This document shows, piece after piece, positions 20,190 through 31,251 of a stretch of 64,000 bases of DNA. Position 1 is the stretch's first letter; each line of letters opens with the position of its first letter. The position numbers and the translations under genes were made by a program. The DNA comes from Pseudomonadota bacterium (lineage in GTDB: Bacteria > UBA10199 > 2-02-FULL-44-16 > DYJF01): positions 1 through 64,000 of the forward strand of contig JBDRBB010000009.1 of NCBI GenBank assembly GCA_043823065.1, written 5' to 3'. Under the pieces are notes generated by a model. The model had not been told where the DNA came from. It searched no databases and saw only the letters and a program-made list of their open reading frames with translations.

Positions 20190-20696
20190 ATGAGATATAA
20201 ATTTTTTACTTTTGTAAGTGTGCTGGTATTTTTAATAACATTTTTGGGTTGTGGCGGCAAGAAAGCTAACAAGCCTATTGAAGTATATGGAGGCATGTCT
20301 ATTCCAGGACTGGGAGTGTCTATTGAAGCAAGTTATGATCCCAGGTTGGATAATTTAGCTCCAGGATATAAAGTGTTAAATGTAGCTATGCTTAATGATT
20401 CTTTTAGAATAATCCCATTAAGTCCGGAAAGGGATAAGTGGTGGATCAAAACCTCCAAAAATGAAAAGAAAAAATATGAAGTTATTTGTGATCTTAGACT
20501 TTATGATTCCAAGGCTTGGCATGCTATCCCAGCCAACGCGCGCAAACATATTGGTTATCCCCTGGCTTTGCCAATTGGTGGACGTCAGGTAGTTGATTTA
20601 TTTGTCAAAGAAGATGTGCCAGTAGAAGATTTTTCTGAAATAATTATTTATTTAAGTGGATTAGAGGCGACCATCAAGCTTTTGCCGCGCCAGTAG
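20190..20696 (+). CDS. Hypothetical lipoprotein
   Basis: Lipobox FLGC after hydrophobic leader, AAGGAG RBS. Confidence 0.65.
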   Translation: MRYKFFTFVSVLVFLITFLGCGGKKANKPIEVYGGMSIPGLGVSIEASYDPRLDNLAPGYKVLNVAMLNDSFRIIPLSPERDKWWIKTSKNEKKKYEVICDLRLYDSKAWHAIPANARKHIGYPLALPIGGRQVVDLFVKEDVPVEDFSEIIIYLSGLEATIKLLPRQ

Positions 20697-21606
20697 TATA
20701 AAGCTTGCCTTGAAAAGTTTTTCTGATCTCAAATTCTTTTTGCACAGCATTGAGAATAGCCAACTTATTTATGGACCATTTTGGAGCTAGGGTTAAATGT
20801 TCGGCAGCATGGCCATTTACCCGGTGAATTAAAATATCTGGGGAAAGGTGTTCCAAAAAAGTAACTGTCCAACTGGCATAGGTTGCTAAATCTAAAAGAT
20901 TAATTTTGCCAGCCAGATACCAGTTTTCTAAAACTGTATTTTTCAAGACATGTAGATTGTGAATTTTTACTCCGTCCACTTTTAGTTCATTCAGGAGATT
21001 GGCAGTTCTTAAAATATCCTCTTTAGTTTCTTCAGGCAGTCCCAAAATAATATGGGCGCAAGTGGTTATATTTCTTTGCTGCAAGTTTTGAATGGCATTT
21101 ATAAAATCTATAACAAAGTGTCCGCGCTTAATTCGTTGCAAGGTTTGATTATTAGCGCTTTGCAGCCCAAGTTCTAAGGTTAACATGGTTTTAGAAGCAA
21201 TTTCACTTAAAAGATCATAGTGTTCATTAGCTAAACAGTCAGGTCTGGTGGCAATAGACAAACCAACCACATCAGGGTGTTTAATTGCCTGTTTATATAA
21301 AGGGGCAAGTTTGTGAGCTGGGGCATTGGTATTAGATCCACTTTGAAAATAGGCAATAAATTTTGCCGTTTTAGCATGCCTTTTTTTTACATAAGCCATG
21401 CCAGTGGTTAGGCTATTATTAATGGCTTGGGCATCAATTATTGTTTGATCAAGGTTTGCTGCCATTAAATAAGAATCTGAGCTGCAAAAAATACATCCTG
21501 GTTGATTAGGGCAGCCATATCCTGAACTTAGGGCTACTTTATAAACCTTGCAACCAAAGCGTTTTTTAAGATAAGTATTTAAGCTATTGTAGTAATTTTT
21601 ATGCAT
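20674..21606 (-). CDS. TIGR01212 (YhcC-like) radical SAM protein
   Basis: CPN..GCIFC, AYFQ..SNT, IATRPDC, ELGLQS, VKIHNLHV. Confidence 0.85.
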   Translation of the reverse strand: MHKNYYNSLNTYLKKRFGCKVYKVALSSGYGCPNQPGCIFCSSDSYLMAANLDQTIIDAQAINNSLTTGMAYVKKRHAKTAKFIAYFQSGSNTNAPAHKLAPLYKQAIKHPDVVGLSIATRPDCLANEHYDLLSEIASKTMLTLELGLQSANNQTLQRIKRGHFVIDFINAIQNLQQRNITTCAHIILGLPEETKEDILRTANLLNELKVDGVKIHNLHVLKNTVLENWYLAGKINLLDLATYASWTVTFLEHLSPDILIHRVNGHAAEHLTLAPKWSINKLAILNAVQKEFEIRKTFQGKLYTTGAAKA

Positions 21607-21661
21607 GCTAATTTAAATGAGCCTCTAACACAGATACAGCAGGGGAATAAAGAGGAAAATC

Positions 21662-22849
21662 ATGCTGATTTATTTGATTGATGGAAACAATCTCTACCAT
21701 GCTATACCTGAAATTGCCGATCTGGCTGAACCACGAATTGCCTTAATCAGTTATATCAGGAAGTTGCGTTTGTGCGGGAGCGTTAAGAACAGGGTAATTT
21801 TGGTCTTTGACGGGTTTGAAAGCCCGGATATTGTTCAAGAAAGAGAATATGAAGTGTTATTTGGTAAAAATAAGAGCGCTGATGAGGTAATTAAGCAAGA
21901 GATCAGCAAAAAGCGTCATAAACGCCAGCTGATGGTGGTTAGCGATGATCATAGTATTTTAGATTATGCGAAAATGGAAGGGGCCCAGATTTTAAGAATC
22001 AAAGATTTTTTAAAAAAACCTGCCAACACCAAAACCGAGCCAAAAGAACAGTTCTTATCTCAGCAAACCATTACCCAGATTACCAAAGAGTTGGAAGATA
22101 TTTGGGTAAATAAAAAACAGATTCATTTTGAGCAAATAGACTCCACGCATTTATATGCTATTCAAAATGGCTCCAAATTGGCAGATCAAACGGTTATTAC
22201 TGCTGATTATCAAAGCCAAGGCCAGGGTAGGCAAGACCGGGTTTGGGTTTCAAAGCCAGGCGATAGTTTATTGCTTTCTTTAATTTTAAAGCCCCAGATT
22301 ACCCCTTTTCAAGCTAGTTTAATTACTCCAGTATTGTCTTTGGCTTTGGTGAAATTTTTGGAAGCGCTTGATTTAAAACCACAAATTAAGTGGCCTAACG
22401 ATATATTAATAAAAGAGAAAAAAATAGCAGGTATCTTGGCGCAAGCTGTATTGCAGCAAAACAAACTTGATTTTGTCGTGGCTAGTTTTGGTCTTAATAT
22501 TAACCAAGATCAGCAAGCGCTTGAGCAAATAGATCGCCCAGCTACTTCAATCTTTAACGAAGTTGGACAAAAATATCAGCCGAACCAATTTATTGAATCT
22601 ATTTTGGAAATCTTCCATGATTTATATGCCAAATTTTTAAACAAAGGGTTTGATGTTTTGTTTACAAGCTGGCAGAAGAAAATGGTCTTAAAAGGTGAAG
22701 AGGTCTTGATTGATTTAGGCAAACACGCTATGCAAGGACGTGTTTATGGTTTTAAAAAAGATGGCTCAATTCAGATTAAAGATCATAAAGGCGAAATTCA
22801 TAATTTTAATTCAGGTGAAATAAAAAAAATAGAAAGGCAGTCATGTTGA
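21662..22849 (+). CDS. birA: NYN (YacP/Rae1-like PIN) domain fused to biotin-protein ligase
   Basis: N-term IDGNNL, VFDG, SADEVI, VVSDD; C-term IDST, QGQGRQDRVW, KWPNDI, KKIAGIL; directly upstream of oadGAB. Confidence 0.8.
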   Translation: MLIYLIDGNNLYHAIPEIADLAEPRIALISYIRKLRLCGSVKNRVILVFDGFESPDIVQEREYEVLFGKNKSADEVIKQEISKKRHKRQLMVVSDDHSILDYAKMEGAQILRIKDFLKKPANTKTEPKEQFLSQQTITQITKELEDIWVNKKQIHFEQIDSTHLYAIQNGSKLADQTVITADYQSQGQGRQDRVWVSKPGDSLLLSLILKPQITPFQASLITPVLSLALVKFLEALDLKPQIKWPNDILIKEKKIAGILAQAVLQQNKLDFVVASFGLNINQDQQALEQIDRPATSIFNEVGQKYQPNQFIESILEIFHDLYAKFLNKGFDVLFTSWQKKMVLKGEEVLIDLGKHAMQGRVYGFKKDGSIQIKDHKGEIHNFNSGEIKKIERQSC

Positions 22850-23049
22850 TTGAAGGTTTGCGTATCATGGTAGTTGGTATGGGAGTAGTTTTTCTCATCC
22901 TTTTCTTTTTGGTTTTGGCTGTGCCTATTTCAGCCAGAATTATCCGGTTGTTGGAAAAGCCAGATCAAACAAGTGGCAGAGCTGCTAAACCAGAGGCGCC
23001 AATAGCGGCAATTATTGCAGCTGCCCTAAACATGTTTAGAAAAAAATAG
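22843..23049 (+). CDS. oadG: Oxaloacetate decarboxylase gamma subunit
   Basis: GMGVVF TM segment, IAAIIAAAL C-terminus; precedes oadA. Confidence 0.85.
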   Translation: MLIEGLRIMVVGMGVVFLILFFLVLAVPISARIIRLLEKPDQTSGRAAKPEAPIAAIIAAALNMFRKK

Positions 23050-23074
23050 ATAAAAAAGAAATCGAGGTAAAGAA

Positions 23075-24841
23075 ATGGGTAATAATAAAAAAATAGCCAT
23101 TACAGAAGTCGTGTTACGTGACGCTCATCAGTCGCTTCTGGCTACCAGAATGCGCACCCAAGATATGCTAACCATAGCCGGCAAATTAGATAAGGTTGGT
23201 TATTGGTCTTTAGAATGTTGGGGCGGAGCTACTTTTGATTCTTGTATCAGATTTTTAAGAGAAGATCCTTGGGAAAGATTGCGTCAGTTGAAAAAGACCA
23301 TGCCTAATACCAGGTTGCAAATGCTGCTCAGAGGTCAAAACATCTTGGGCTATCGTCATTATGCTGACGATGTGGTGGATAAGTTTGTGGAAAGAGCTGC
23401 TGCTAACGGTGTAGATGTGTTTCGTATTTTTGATGCCTTAAATGATACGCGAAATTTAGCCCGCGCTATAATCGCTACCAAACAAGCTAACAAACATGCG
23501 CAAGGCACAATTTCCTATACTACCAGTCCATTTCATACTGTGGAAAAGTTTGTAGAGTTAGGCGTGGAATTGGAAAAAATGGGTTGTGATTCTATTTGCA
23601 TTAAAGATATGGCCGGGTTGATAACTCCTCGTGAAGCTAAAAAACTAATTCAGGGTCTTAAACAAAAAGTTAAAGTTCCAATTTCCTTGCATAGTCATGC
23701 TACCACTGGCATGGCAGCTACTTCTTTATATGAAGGTGTTATGGCTGGCTGCGATATGATTGATACAGCTATTTCTTCTTTAAGTTTGGGAACTTCGCAT
23801 GCACCAACAGAAACCATGGTGGCCATGCTTTCTGGCACAAGTTATGACACTGGTTTAAGAATTGATCTGTTAAGCGAGATAGCCGAGCATTTTAGGGAAA
23901 TTAGAAAAAAATATGCTGATTATGAAAGTTCATTTGTTGGTGCAGACCCGCGAATTCTCATCAGCCAGGTTCCTGGTGGTATGTTGTCCAATATGGAAAG
24001 CCAATTAAAGCAGCAAAATGCTGCTGATAAAATGAATGAAGTCTTAAATGAAATTCCCAAGGTCAGAAAAGATTTGGGCTATCCACCTTTAGTGACCCCA
24101 ACTTCGCAAATTGTAGGCACCCAGGCTGTGCTAAATGTCTTGCAAGGAGAGCGTTATAAAACTTTTACTGCTGAAACTAAAGGATTATTAGGTGGTCATT
24201 ATGGACGCACTCCAGCTCCAGTGGATAAAGAAGTTCAGAAAAAAGCCTTGGGTGTTGAAAAACCAATCACTTGTCGTCCAGCAGATTTACTTAAACCTGA
24301 AATGGAAAAATTGGCCAAAGAACTGGGCAAACAGGCTAAATCAATTGATGATGTTTTAACCTTTGCGTTGTTTCCTAAAGTTGCTCTTGGGTTTTTTGAA
24401 GCTAGAGAAAAAGGAGAAACAGGTGAGCTAGCTCAAGCTAAGCCTTTAGCTGATCGGCCGGTTGCTTCAGAAACAACTAGTCGTCGGGCTACTTATACAG
24501 TAACAGTAGAAGGCAATAGATATAGTGTAGTAGTAGAAGAAGGTGAGATAAGCCAAATTAAGCAGGTGCAAAAAGATAGAGTTCAAACTCATGCTGCAAC
24601 CGAAGGTGTAGCAGAAAAATCAGGATTAACCGTGATAGACGCTCCTTTAGCAGGTAGAGTGGTTAAATATATCAAAAAATTAGGGGAAAATATTAAGGAA
24701 GCAGAAACAGTTTTAATTATTGAGGCCATGAAGATGGAAACAGAAATTAAGGCTTCAGCAGCAGGTGTTTTGGAAAAATATTTTGTGGAAGAGGGTAAGG
24801 ATTTTGCCCATGGTCAACCTTTGTATGCGTTAAAAAGCTAG
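23075..24841 (+). CDS. oadA: Oxaloacetate decarboxylase alpha subunit
   Basis: RDAHQSLLATRM, WGGATFD, IKDMAG, HSH, biotinyl motif EAMKM. Confidence 0.92.
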   Translation: MGNNKKIAITEVVLRDAHQSLLATRMRTQDMLTIAGKLDKVGYWSLECWGGATFDSCIRFLREDPWERLRQLKKTMPNTRLQMLLRGQNILGYRHYADDVVDKFVERAAANGVDVFRIFDALNDTRNLARAIIATKQANKHAQGTISYTTSPFHTVEKFVELGVELEKMGCDSICIKDMAGLITPREAKKLIQGLKQKVKVPISLHSHATTGMAATSLYEGVMAGCDMIDTAISSLSLGTSHAPTETMVAMLSGTSYDTGLRIDLLSEIAEHFREIRKKYADYESSFVGADPRILISQVPGGMLSNMESQLKQQNAADKMNEVLNEIPKVRKDLGYPPLVTPTSQIVGTQAVLNVLQGERYKTFTAETKGLLGGHYGRTPAPVDKEVQKKALGVEKPITCRPADLLKPEMEKLAKELGKQAKSIDDVLTFALFPKVALGFFEAREKGETGELAQAKPLADRPVASETTSRRATYTVTVEGNRYSVVVEEGEISQIKQVQKDRVQTHAATEGVAEKSGLTVIDAPLAGRVVKYIKKLGENIKEAETVLIIEAMKMETEIKASAAGVLEKYFVEEGKDFAHGQPLYALKS

Positions 24842-24863
24842 AAGTCAGGAGCCAGGAGACTGA
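24836..24863 (+). repeat. Degenerate 7-bp tandem array
   Basis: AGCTAGA AGTCAGG AGCCAGG AGACTGA between oadA and oadB. Confidence 0.4.
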
Positions 24864-24868
24864 ATTAG

Positions 24869-26197
24869 ATGAAAAAAATCTTTATATTATTTAGTGTGAT
24901 CTTAATCACCCTTATGGCGCTGATTTCCGTTTCACAAGTGCAAGCTAGTGAAGAAGTAAGCCAGGAAACTTCTGGAGCTTCCAGTATATTAGTATTAGTG
25001 GAGCGTTTGGTCAAAACAACTGGTGTTTATCAGTTTATCATGCACAAACAAGGTGACCCAGAACCAGCAACCATGCTTATGCCCCATGTTGACGAGCAGG
25101 TTCCTAGCGCAGCAGGTTGGATGAAGCTAATCATGATTGGTATTGGTTTGGTGCTTTTATATCTGGCAATTGTTAAAAAATTTGAACCTTTGCTTTTAGT
25201 GCCCATTGGTTTTGGCGCTATTTTAACCAATATTCCCATGGGTGGCATTGCTTTGGAAGGTGGTTTGCTGCGTTATTTTTTTGAAGTGGGTATAGCCACT
25301 GAAGTTTGCCCGCTGTTGATCTTTATGGGCATTGGGGCGCTAACTGATTTTGGCCCTTTAATTGCCAATCCTAAAACAGCCTTGCTAGGAGCAGCTGCCC
25401 AGTTTGGCGTATTTTTTACTATATTTGGCGCCCTGCTTCTAACCAAATATGCTGGTTTTTCTTTTTCCCTGCAAGATGCTTGTTCAATTGGCATTATTGG
25501 CGGAGCTGATGGTCCAACTTCCATTTTTTTATCAAGTCAATTATCGCCAAACTTAATGGGCGCTATAGCAGTGGCCGCCTATTCTTATATGGCTTTAGTG
25601 CCTTTAATTCAGCCGCCCATCATGAGACTTTTAACTACCAAAACTGAACGTCGCGTAGTCATGGAACAAATGAGACCAGTTTCTAAAACAGAAAAAATCA
25701 TCTTTCCTTTAATTATTTTGTTTGCCTGTATTATCTTTTTACCAACTGCCACTCCGCTTTTAGGAATGCTAGCTTTTGGCAATATTATGCGTGAATCTGG
25801 GGTGGTAGAAAGATTATCTAAAACTGCACAAAATGAATTAATAAATATTGTAACCATAGTCTTGGGTTTGGGTGTAGCTACCAAGCTTTCTGCAGACAGG
25901 TTTTTGCGCTTAGAAACTTTAGGTATACTTGCTCTGGGTTTGGTAGCTTTTGCTATTTCCACTGCTGCAGGAGTAATATTCGGCAAAATTATGTATCGTT
26001 TAAGCGGCGGAAAGGTTAATCCATTAATTGGCGCAGCCGGAGTTTCTGCAGTGCCCATGGCCGCAAGAGTGGCGGCCATAGAAGGTCAAAAGGCCAATCC
26101 AGCTAATTACTTGTTAATGCATGCCATGGGTCCAAATGTTGCTGGAGTAATTGGCACAGCAATAGCAGCTGGTGTCTTGCTAGCTGTATTTAAGTGA
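24869..26197 (+). CDS. oadB: Na+-translocating decarboxylase beta subunit
   Basis: [40 protein letters not shown]. Confidence 0.93.
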   Translation: MKKIFILFSVILITLMALISVSQVQASEEVSQETSGASSILVLVERLVKTTGVYQFIMHKQGDPEPATMLMPHVDEQVPSAAGWMKLIMIGIGLVLLYLAIVKKFEPLLLVPIGFGAILTNIPMGGIALEGGLLRYFFEVGIATEVCPLLIFMGIGALTDFGPLIANPKTALLGAAAQFGVFFTIFGALLLTKYAGFSFSLQDACSIGIIGGADGPTSIFLSSQLSPNLMGAIAVAAYSYMALVPLIQPPIMRLLTTKTERRVVMEQMRPVSKTEKIIFPLIILFACIIFLPTATPLLGMLAFGNIMRESGVVERLSKTAQNELINIVTIVLGLGVATKLSADRFLRLETLGILALGLVAFAISTAAGVIFGKIMYRLSGGKVNPLIGAAGVSAVPMAARVAAIEGQKANPANYLLMHAMGPNVAGVIGTAIAAGVLLAVFK

Positions 26198-27206
26198 TAG
26201 ATTTGGTAGAATCTGGATCTGTTTGAGTGGGCGATTTATATTTAGGAGATCGTCCCAATTCCTTTAAGAGCTCGTTTATTTCTTCTTTGAGCTGAACCAT
26301 TTTTAATTCTCGGCCTACAGCAAAATCTTGAAAGCGTTGCAAGATAACCGTTCTTTGTTCTAGTTCATTGGTTTTAAGGCGCAGAGCTTCTTCATTATTT
26401 TTACGTTCAGTAATATCTCTTAAAATTCCATGAGCTCCAGTAATTTGACCACTTTCTTCAATAGGACGCATAGAAAGTTCGGCAACTACAGGGTTGTCTT
26501 TATTTTCAGATATAATTTCAACTTCCACCAATTCCTTGCCATTACCTTTAAGAATTCCTTGAAATTTTTCTTTAACTTCCTTGTGACTGGTTTTAGTAAA
26601 CAAGCTTTCCATGGGTTTGCTGATAAAATTAGCTGGTCCATGAGTGGTTATTTCTTTAACCCTATTATTAATAGCAATAATTTTTCCTTCTCGATTGGTA
26701 ACATAGATAATATCATTGGCTAGTTCAAATAAACCTTGATATTCTTGTCTGGCTTTTTCTAATTCTTTAACTTTTAGTTTCAATTCCTCAGTTAGTTTTT
26801 CATTTTCTCTTTGCAAACGATAGGTGTGAATGGCCTTATGCAAAGGATCAGTAAGTTCATTGATATTTTCTAATGGTTTAAGCAGATAATCAAAAGCATT
26901 TAGCCTGACTGCTTCCTGGGCTGATTCCAGGCTGGCATATCCAGTAAGCAAGATGACCGGCATGCCGTCTTTAGTGCTACGCACTCTTTTCAAAAATTCC
27001 ACGCCATCCATGGAGGGTAGTTTAATATCTGAAACCACAGCGTCAAAGTCATTTTTATTCAAAGCATCTAAGGCTTCTTCAGCTGTAGCTTTGATCGTTA
27101 GTTCAAACCCCCGTTTGGTTAGGCGGTTTTGCAGAGCTTCCCGAAAATCTTGATCATCTTCAACTAAAAGAACTTTTAAGATTTTTTCCTTTTGCTCTAT
27201 AGACAT
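26190..27206 (-). CDS. Response regulator, REC-PAS-coiled coil, no recognisable output domain
   Basis: LLVEDD, SDIKLP, LTGY, YLLKP; PAS ending [10 protein letters not shown]; tail [18 protein letters not shown]. Confidence 0.85.
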   Translation of the reverse strand: MSIEQKEKILKVLLVEDDQDFREALQNRLTKRGFELTIKATAEEALDALNKNDFDAVVSDIKLPSMDGVEFLKRVRSTKDGMPVILLTGYASLESAQEAVRLNAFDYLLKPLENINELTDPLHKAIHTYRLQRENEKLTEELKLKVKELEKARQEYQGLFELANDIIYVTNREGKIIAINNRVKEITTHGPANFISKPMESLFTKTSHKEVKEKFQGILKGNGKELVEVEIISENKDNPVVAELSMRPIEESGQITGAHGILRDITERKNNEEALRLKTNELEQRTVILQRFQDFAVGRELKMVQLKEEINELLKELGRSPKYKSPTQTDPDSTKSIT

Positions 27207-27268
27207 AACCCCCCCCGCGATATTTTCATATTATAACATTTAGTTTAACCCTAAATCAATGTTTGATC

Positions 27269-29884
27269 TTAAATGGGAAGAATAATTGTGAACTGACTGC
27301 CTTGTCCTGGCTGACTTTTGACCTTAATCTCGCCATTGTATCTTTTAATAATGTTGTAGCTTAAAGCCAGACCAAGGCCCATGCCTTTGCCTGGGGCTTT
27401 GGTGGTAAAAAAAGGATCAAACAGTTTGGATAAATGTTCTGGTGAGATGCCATGACCTTGATCAATCACCTCAATTAACACATTTGACTCGTTCTTATGA
27501 CTCTTAATTTTTATTAGGCCTTTGGCCTCCATGGCATCTTTGGCGTTATTAATTAAATTCATCAACACTTGCTGCATTTGCAATGGATCTAGCATTAATT
27601 CCGGCATTTGTTCGTCAAATTCAGTTTCAAAAATAAGTTCCGGAGAGTTAATTTCTCTTTTAGCTAAAACCACTGTTTCTTGAATCACTTTATTTAAATT
27701 GCAGGAGCGTTTTATGGTTTCCTGCCTGGAAAAGGTAAGTAGATCAGAAATAATTCTTTTGCAACGCTTTGTGGCATGTTCTGCTTTTTTTAGACGTTCC
27801 TCAAAAGGAGAGCTTTCTGGTAAATCCTCTAATACATCCTGAATATAGGTACGCACAGCAGCAATTGGATTGTTTAATTCATGAGCCATGCCACCGGCCA
27901 ACATACCGATTGCGGAAAATTTTTCGAGTTGAATTATTTCCTGCTGGGTTTCTTGGAGCTTGTGATTGATCAGTTTTAGCTCTTCTCTTTGTCGTTTCAT
28001 TTCCAGTAGATTGTTTATTCTGGCAATTACTTCTTTGGGTTGAAAAGGCTTCATAATATAATCATTAGCACCAGTAGCAAAACCCATAGCCAGATTTTCT
28101 TCACCCACTTTGGCAGTCAGCAATATGATTGGAATATCGTTTAATTTGGCATCGCTTTTTAAATCGCGCACCAGTTCATAACCATCTTTTTTAGGCATCA
28201 TTACGTCACTAATGATTAAATCTGGAAGATATTGTTTGGCTGCTTGAAGGCCTTCTTCGCCGTTGTTGGCACTAACAATATTAAATCCATGCAAGACGTC
28301 TTTTAGCAATTCAATCATTTTAGGGGTATCGTCTACAATTAAAATTGTTGGTCTGTTTTGTTCTTGGGTGATTTCAGTGGCGGTTTGGCCTTCGAGTAAG
28401 GTAGATTCAGCTTTAGCTTCTTCGCTGGCCATTAAGATGCTTTTTTCAGCGCTAAAAGGGATTGGGCTGGTTATTTCACCTTCACCTTCTGCCAAAGGAA
28501 CTCTGAAATGTTCAGTGCCGCGTGGAATGTAAAAAGTAAATTTAGTGCCTTTGTTTAGGGCACTTTCAATTTTTACTTCGCCGCCATGTTGCCAGACAAA
28601 TTCTTTAACTAGAGATAAACCCAATCCCATGCCGCCATAAGACCTGGTAGAAGAAGGATCAACCTGAACAAAACGTTCAAATACTGAAGCTAGTTTATCC
28701 CTGGGTATGCCAATTCCAGTATCAGCCACAGAAATATACAAATTATTTCCTTCGTCCCAACAACGCGCAGATACTTGACCGCCGCTAGGCGTAAATTTAG
28801 CAGCATTGCCGATTAAATTCACTAGAACCTTATCGATCTTAACTTTATCAAAGAGATGTGGTTTAAGGTTTGGTGCTACATCTAAAGAAAATTTTATTTC
28901 CTTATTTTCTAAAAGTGGAGACAAAGAGGAAAAAATTGAAACAAAATAATCAGTTGGACTTGGAATATGAATGACATGTAGCTTTGCTGAGCCTACTTCG
29001 CTATGGGCCAAATCCAATAAATCACCGATTAGACCAGATAAACGGTAGGCATTTTGTCTGATGGATTGAAATGTTTTGCGTGGCACAGGAATTTTTTCAG
29101 TTTCACCAGGGGAATTGGCTAAGATGCTTTCCAGAGGTGTAGCTAGCAAAGTGAGAGGAGTTTTTAATTCATGAGAAATATTGGCAAAAAAGTTGGATTT
29201 AGCCTGATCTAACTCTTTTAATTTTTGATTGGCATCTTCAAGGGCCAGTTGGTTTTTCATATCGCGCATAAAAAAGATATAATAAGCGCGATTACCGATG
29301 AAGCTGATGATAATAATATCTATGAGCAGAATGATTCTTAAGGACATTTCAGCAGTAAGCATATGTGAACCAATCATATATTCAGATGCAATATAGGTCA
29401 GAAATGGCAGCGCCCAGGTTAGGGTAATCCAGCGCAGGGGACTGGGATAAAAAATGCCTGCAGAAAAATAGATGACAAAATAGCTAAAAAAGAAATTTCC
29501 TTGTCCGCCACCAGTAAGTTGAACATTAGCAGTGCCAGCTAAGGTGGCGATTACCCCAAACATATAAGCCAGAGGAAAATTATAGTGTTTTTTGATAAAC
29601 TTTGTTTTCAGGCTGAAGAGCAAAATAAATGACATAAGAACGCAGGGAACGCTAATTAATGCGCCACTAACAACCACATTTGGATAAAAAAAGTAGTTAT
29701 AGGTAATAATAGTGCCTGGAATAATCAGAGCTGCTAGCCAACAAGCATAGCGCGAACGTTGAAGCAAAACCTCTCTGAGTTTATCTTGTAAACGCGGTGA
29801 TACTTCTTGGCCAACTATAGATGATATTAGCCATTTTTGAAAAAGCTTAAGCTGAGCAAAATATACTTTAAAAAAATATTTCAT
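27269..29884 (-). CDS. Membrane hybrid histidine kinase: ~6 TM - HisKA/HATPase - REC - HisKA/HATPase
   Basis: H-box SHELKTP, NAAKF, DTGIG, GMGLGL; REC IVDD, SDVMMP, KPF; second H-box [30 protein letters not shown]. Confidence 0.9.
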   Translation of the reverse strand: MKYFFKVYFAQLKLFQKWLISSIVGQEVSPRLQDKLREVLLQRSRYACWLAALIIPGTIITYNYFFYPNVVVSGALISVPCVLMSFILLFSLKTKFIKKHYNFPLAYMFGVIATLAGTANVQLTGGGQGNFFFSYFVIYFSAGIFYPSPLRWITLTWALPFLTYIASEYMIGSHMLTAEMSLRIILLIDIIIISFIGNRAYYIFFMRDMKNQLALEDANQKLKELDQAKSNFFANISHELKTPLTLLATPLESILANSPGETEKIPVPRKTFQSIRQNAYRLSGLIGDLLDLAHSEVGSAKLHVIHIPSPTDYFVSIFSSLSPLLENKEIKFSLDVAPNLKPHLFDKVKIDKVLVNLIGNAAKFTPSGGQVSARCWDEGNNLYISVADTGIGIPRDKLASVFERFVQVDPSSTRSYGGMGLGLSLVKEFVWQHGGEVKIESALNKGTKFTFYIPRGTEHFRVPLAEGEGEITSPIPFSAEKSILMASEEAKAESTLLEGQTATEITQEQNRPTILIVDDTPKMIELLKDVLHGFNIVSANNGEEGLQAAKQYLPDLIISDVMMPKKDGYELVRDLKSDAKLNDIPIILLTAKVGEENLAMGFATGANDYIMKPFQPKEVIARINNLLEMKRQREELKLINHKLQETQQEIIQLEKFSAIGMLAGGMAHELNNPIAAVRTYIQDVLEDLPESSPFEERLKKAEHATKRCKRIISDLLTFSRQETIKRSCNLNKVIQETVVLAKREINSPELIFETEFDEQMPELMLDPLQMQQVLMNLINNAKDAMEAKGLIKIKSHKNESNVLIEVIDQGHGISPEHLSKLFDPFFTTKAPGKGMGLGLALSYNIIKRYNGEIKVKSQPGQGSQFTIILPI

Positions 29885-29886
29885 TT

Positions 29887-31251
29887 TTAAATTAGCCCCC
29901 GCGCATTTAGATGAAAATCAACTAAAAGTCGCGGCATGCTGGCTACATAACTATTTAAGTCAACAGATTCTAATTGGACTTGTTTTAGAAAAGAGCATAA
30001 AAAATTATAACGGGTTAACCATTGATCTAGGAAGTATTTAAGATAATTAGAGTTAGCAACTTTATTTTGAATATATTCAGGTTTCTTGCTTTTCCATTCT
30101 TGTTCAGAAACAATATCATGATCCATAGCATAGGCAAAAACAGCAGATGAAAAATCATGTTCAGTAAGCTCTCTTTCCCAGGTAACTAAGGCATTAGAAA
30201 TGCGGGCCAGATCTTGGGCTAACCAAAATGCTTTTCTAGCTTTGGCTAGCTCATTAATATTAAAGTCTGGATGATCCATAAGATCAATGGTTCCATGAAT
30301 CATCACTTCCATGTTGGGTGGTTGATATAGAAAATATTCAGTCAAGTTGGCAAAGCTGGGCACGCGGTTAGCTAAGCAGGCATATCTCATTGAATTAAAA
30401 AGTTGCTCATAGCTAAAATCAAGCACATCCTTTAAGGCTTCATAGTTCGGATATGTTTTTATTTTTTGTTGAATATGTTCCCAAGCGGTCAGGGCCAGCT
30501 CTAAATGGTTTTTCCATTTGTTATTTTTTTTAGACTTATATCTATTTGGATGCAAACAGCCCAAGTATGCATCTGTTATAGCTTCACTTGCTTGAAATTT
30601 ATCAGCTAAGTCATCTAAAATCGTGGTTAACATTAAAGCTGCTAGTTTTGTATGGCATACATCTGCAATGCTTCTTACGCCATCAATAGTGGTTAGCCAA
30701 ATAGCAGCATGACCCCACTTCCATAAAAAATGATTACGTGTGCCAATTTTATCATATTCTGAAATCAAACTTAATAGCTTTGGATCAAGTTTTATTTTTT
30801 CCAAGTGGGTTGCAAATTCTTGAGAGCCAGCATTAAAGCTGTTTTCTAAACATGCTGGATTCCCATCTGTGTTATTAATTAAAGGAAAAGTTGCGTTGGT
30901 TGCTAAAAAAGAAGGTGCCTTAAACTTATATTGTTGAGAGACAAAATTTCTGATTTTTTGAATTTCAACTGGCTGGGCATTGCTAAATGTTAATCCAAAA
31001 AAATGTTTATTAGAATCATTGCGAAAATTAGCTATTTTACCTCTAAGCTGAATAGATTTTTCAGGAGCGTCAATTAGAAGATCATAATTTTTTTCCGGTT
31101 TTAAGTTTAAGTCAGTTTTAATACAAATACCACCCAAGCCAATGTCAATAATATTTCCTAGGCGATTATCGTTGATAAGATCATAAACAGGTAGATTACA
31201 AGGAAATCGCAAATATTTTCTACGTTCCTTGATTGTTTGTCCAACCTGCAT
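29887..31251 (-). CDS. PilZ domain fused to class I terpene synthase/isoprenoid synthase-like domain
   Basis: PilZ RRKYLR (RxxxR) and DIGLGG; DDLAD (DDxxD) at 30601-30615; R..NALVTWERE (NSE/DTE-like) at 30169-30195; start GTG 31257 or ATG 31251. Confidence 0.7.
   Translation of the reverse strand: MQVGQTIKERRKYLRFPCNLPVYDLINDNRLGNIIDIGLGGICIKTDLNLKPEKNYDLLIDAPEKSIQLRGKIANFRNDSNKHFFGLTFSNAQPVEIQKIRNFVSQQYKFKAPSFLATNATFPLINNTDGNPACLENSFNAGSQEFATHLEKIKLDPKLLSLISEYDKIGTRNHFLWKWGHAAIWLTTIDGVRSIADVCHTKLAALMLTTILDDLADKFQASEAITDAYLGCLHPNRYKSKKNNKWKNHLELALTAWEHIQQKIKTYPNYEALKDVLDFSYEQLFNSMRYACLANRVPSFANLTEYFLYQPPNMEVMIHGTIDLMDHPDFNINELAKARKAFWLAQDLARISNALVTWERELTEHDFSSAVFAYAMDHDIVSEQEWKSKKPEYIQNKVANSNYLKYFLDQWLTRYNFLCSFLKQVQLESVDLNSYVASMPRLLVDFHLNARGLI

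Noticed and set aside
25030..26079. Antisense ORFs within oadB (and similar ones in pepA, aconitase, aclA, ileS)
   Set aside because: Shadow frames of well-supported genes with no motifs of their own
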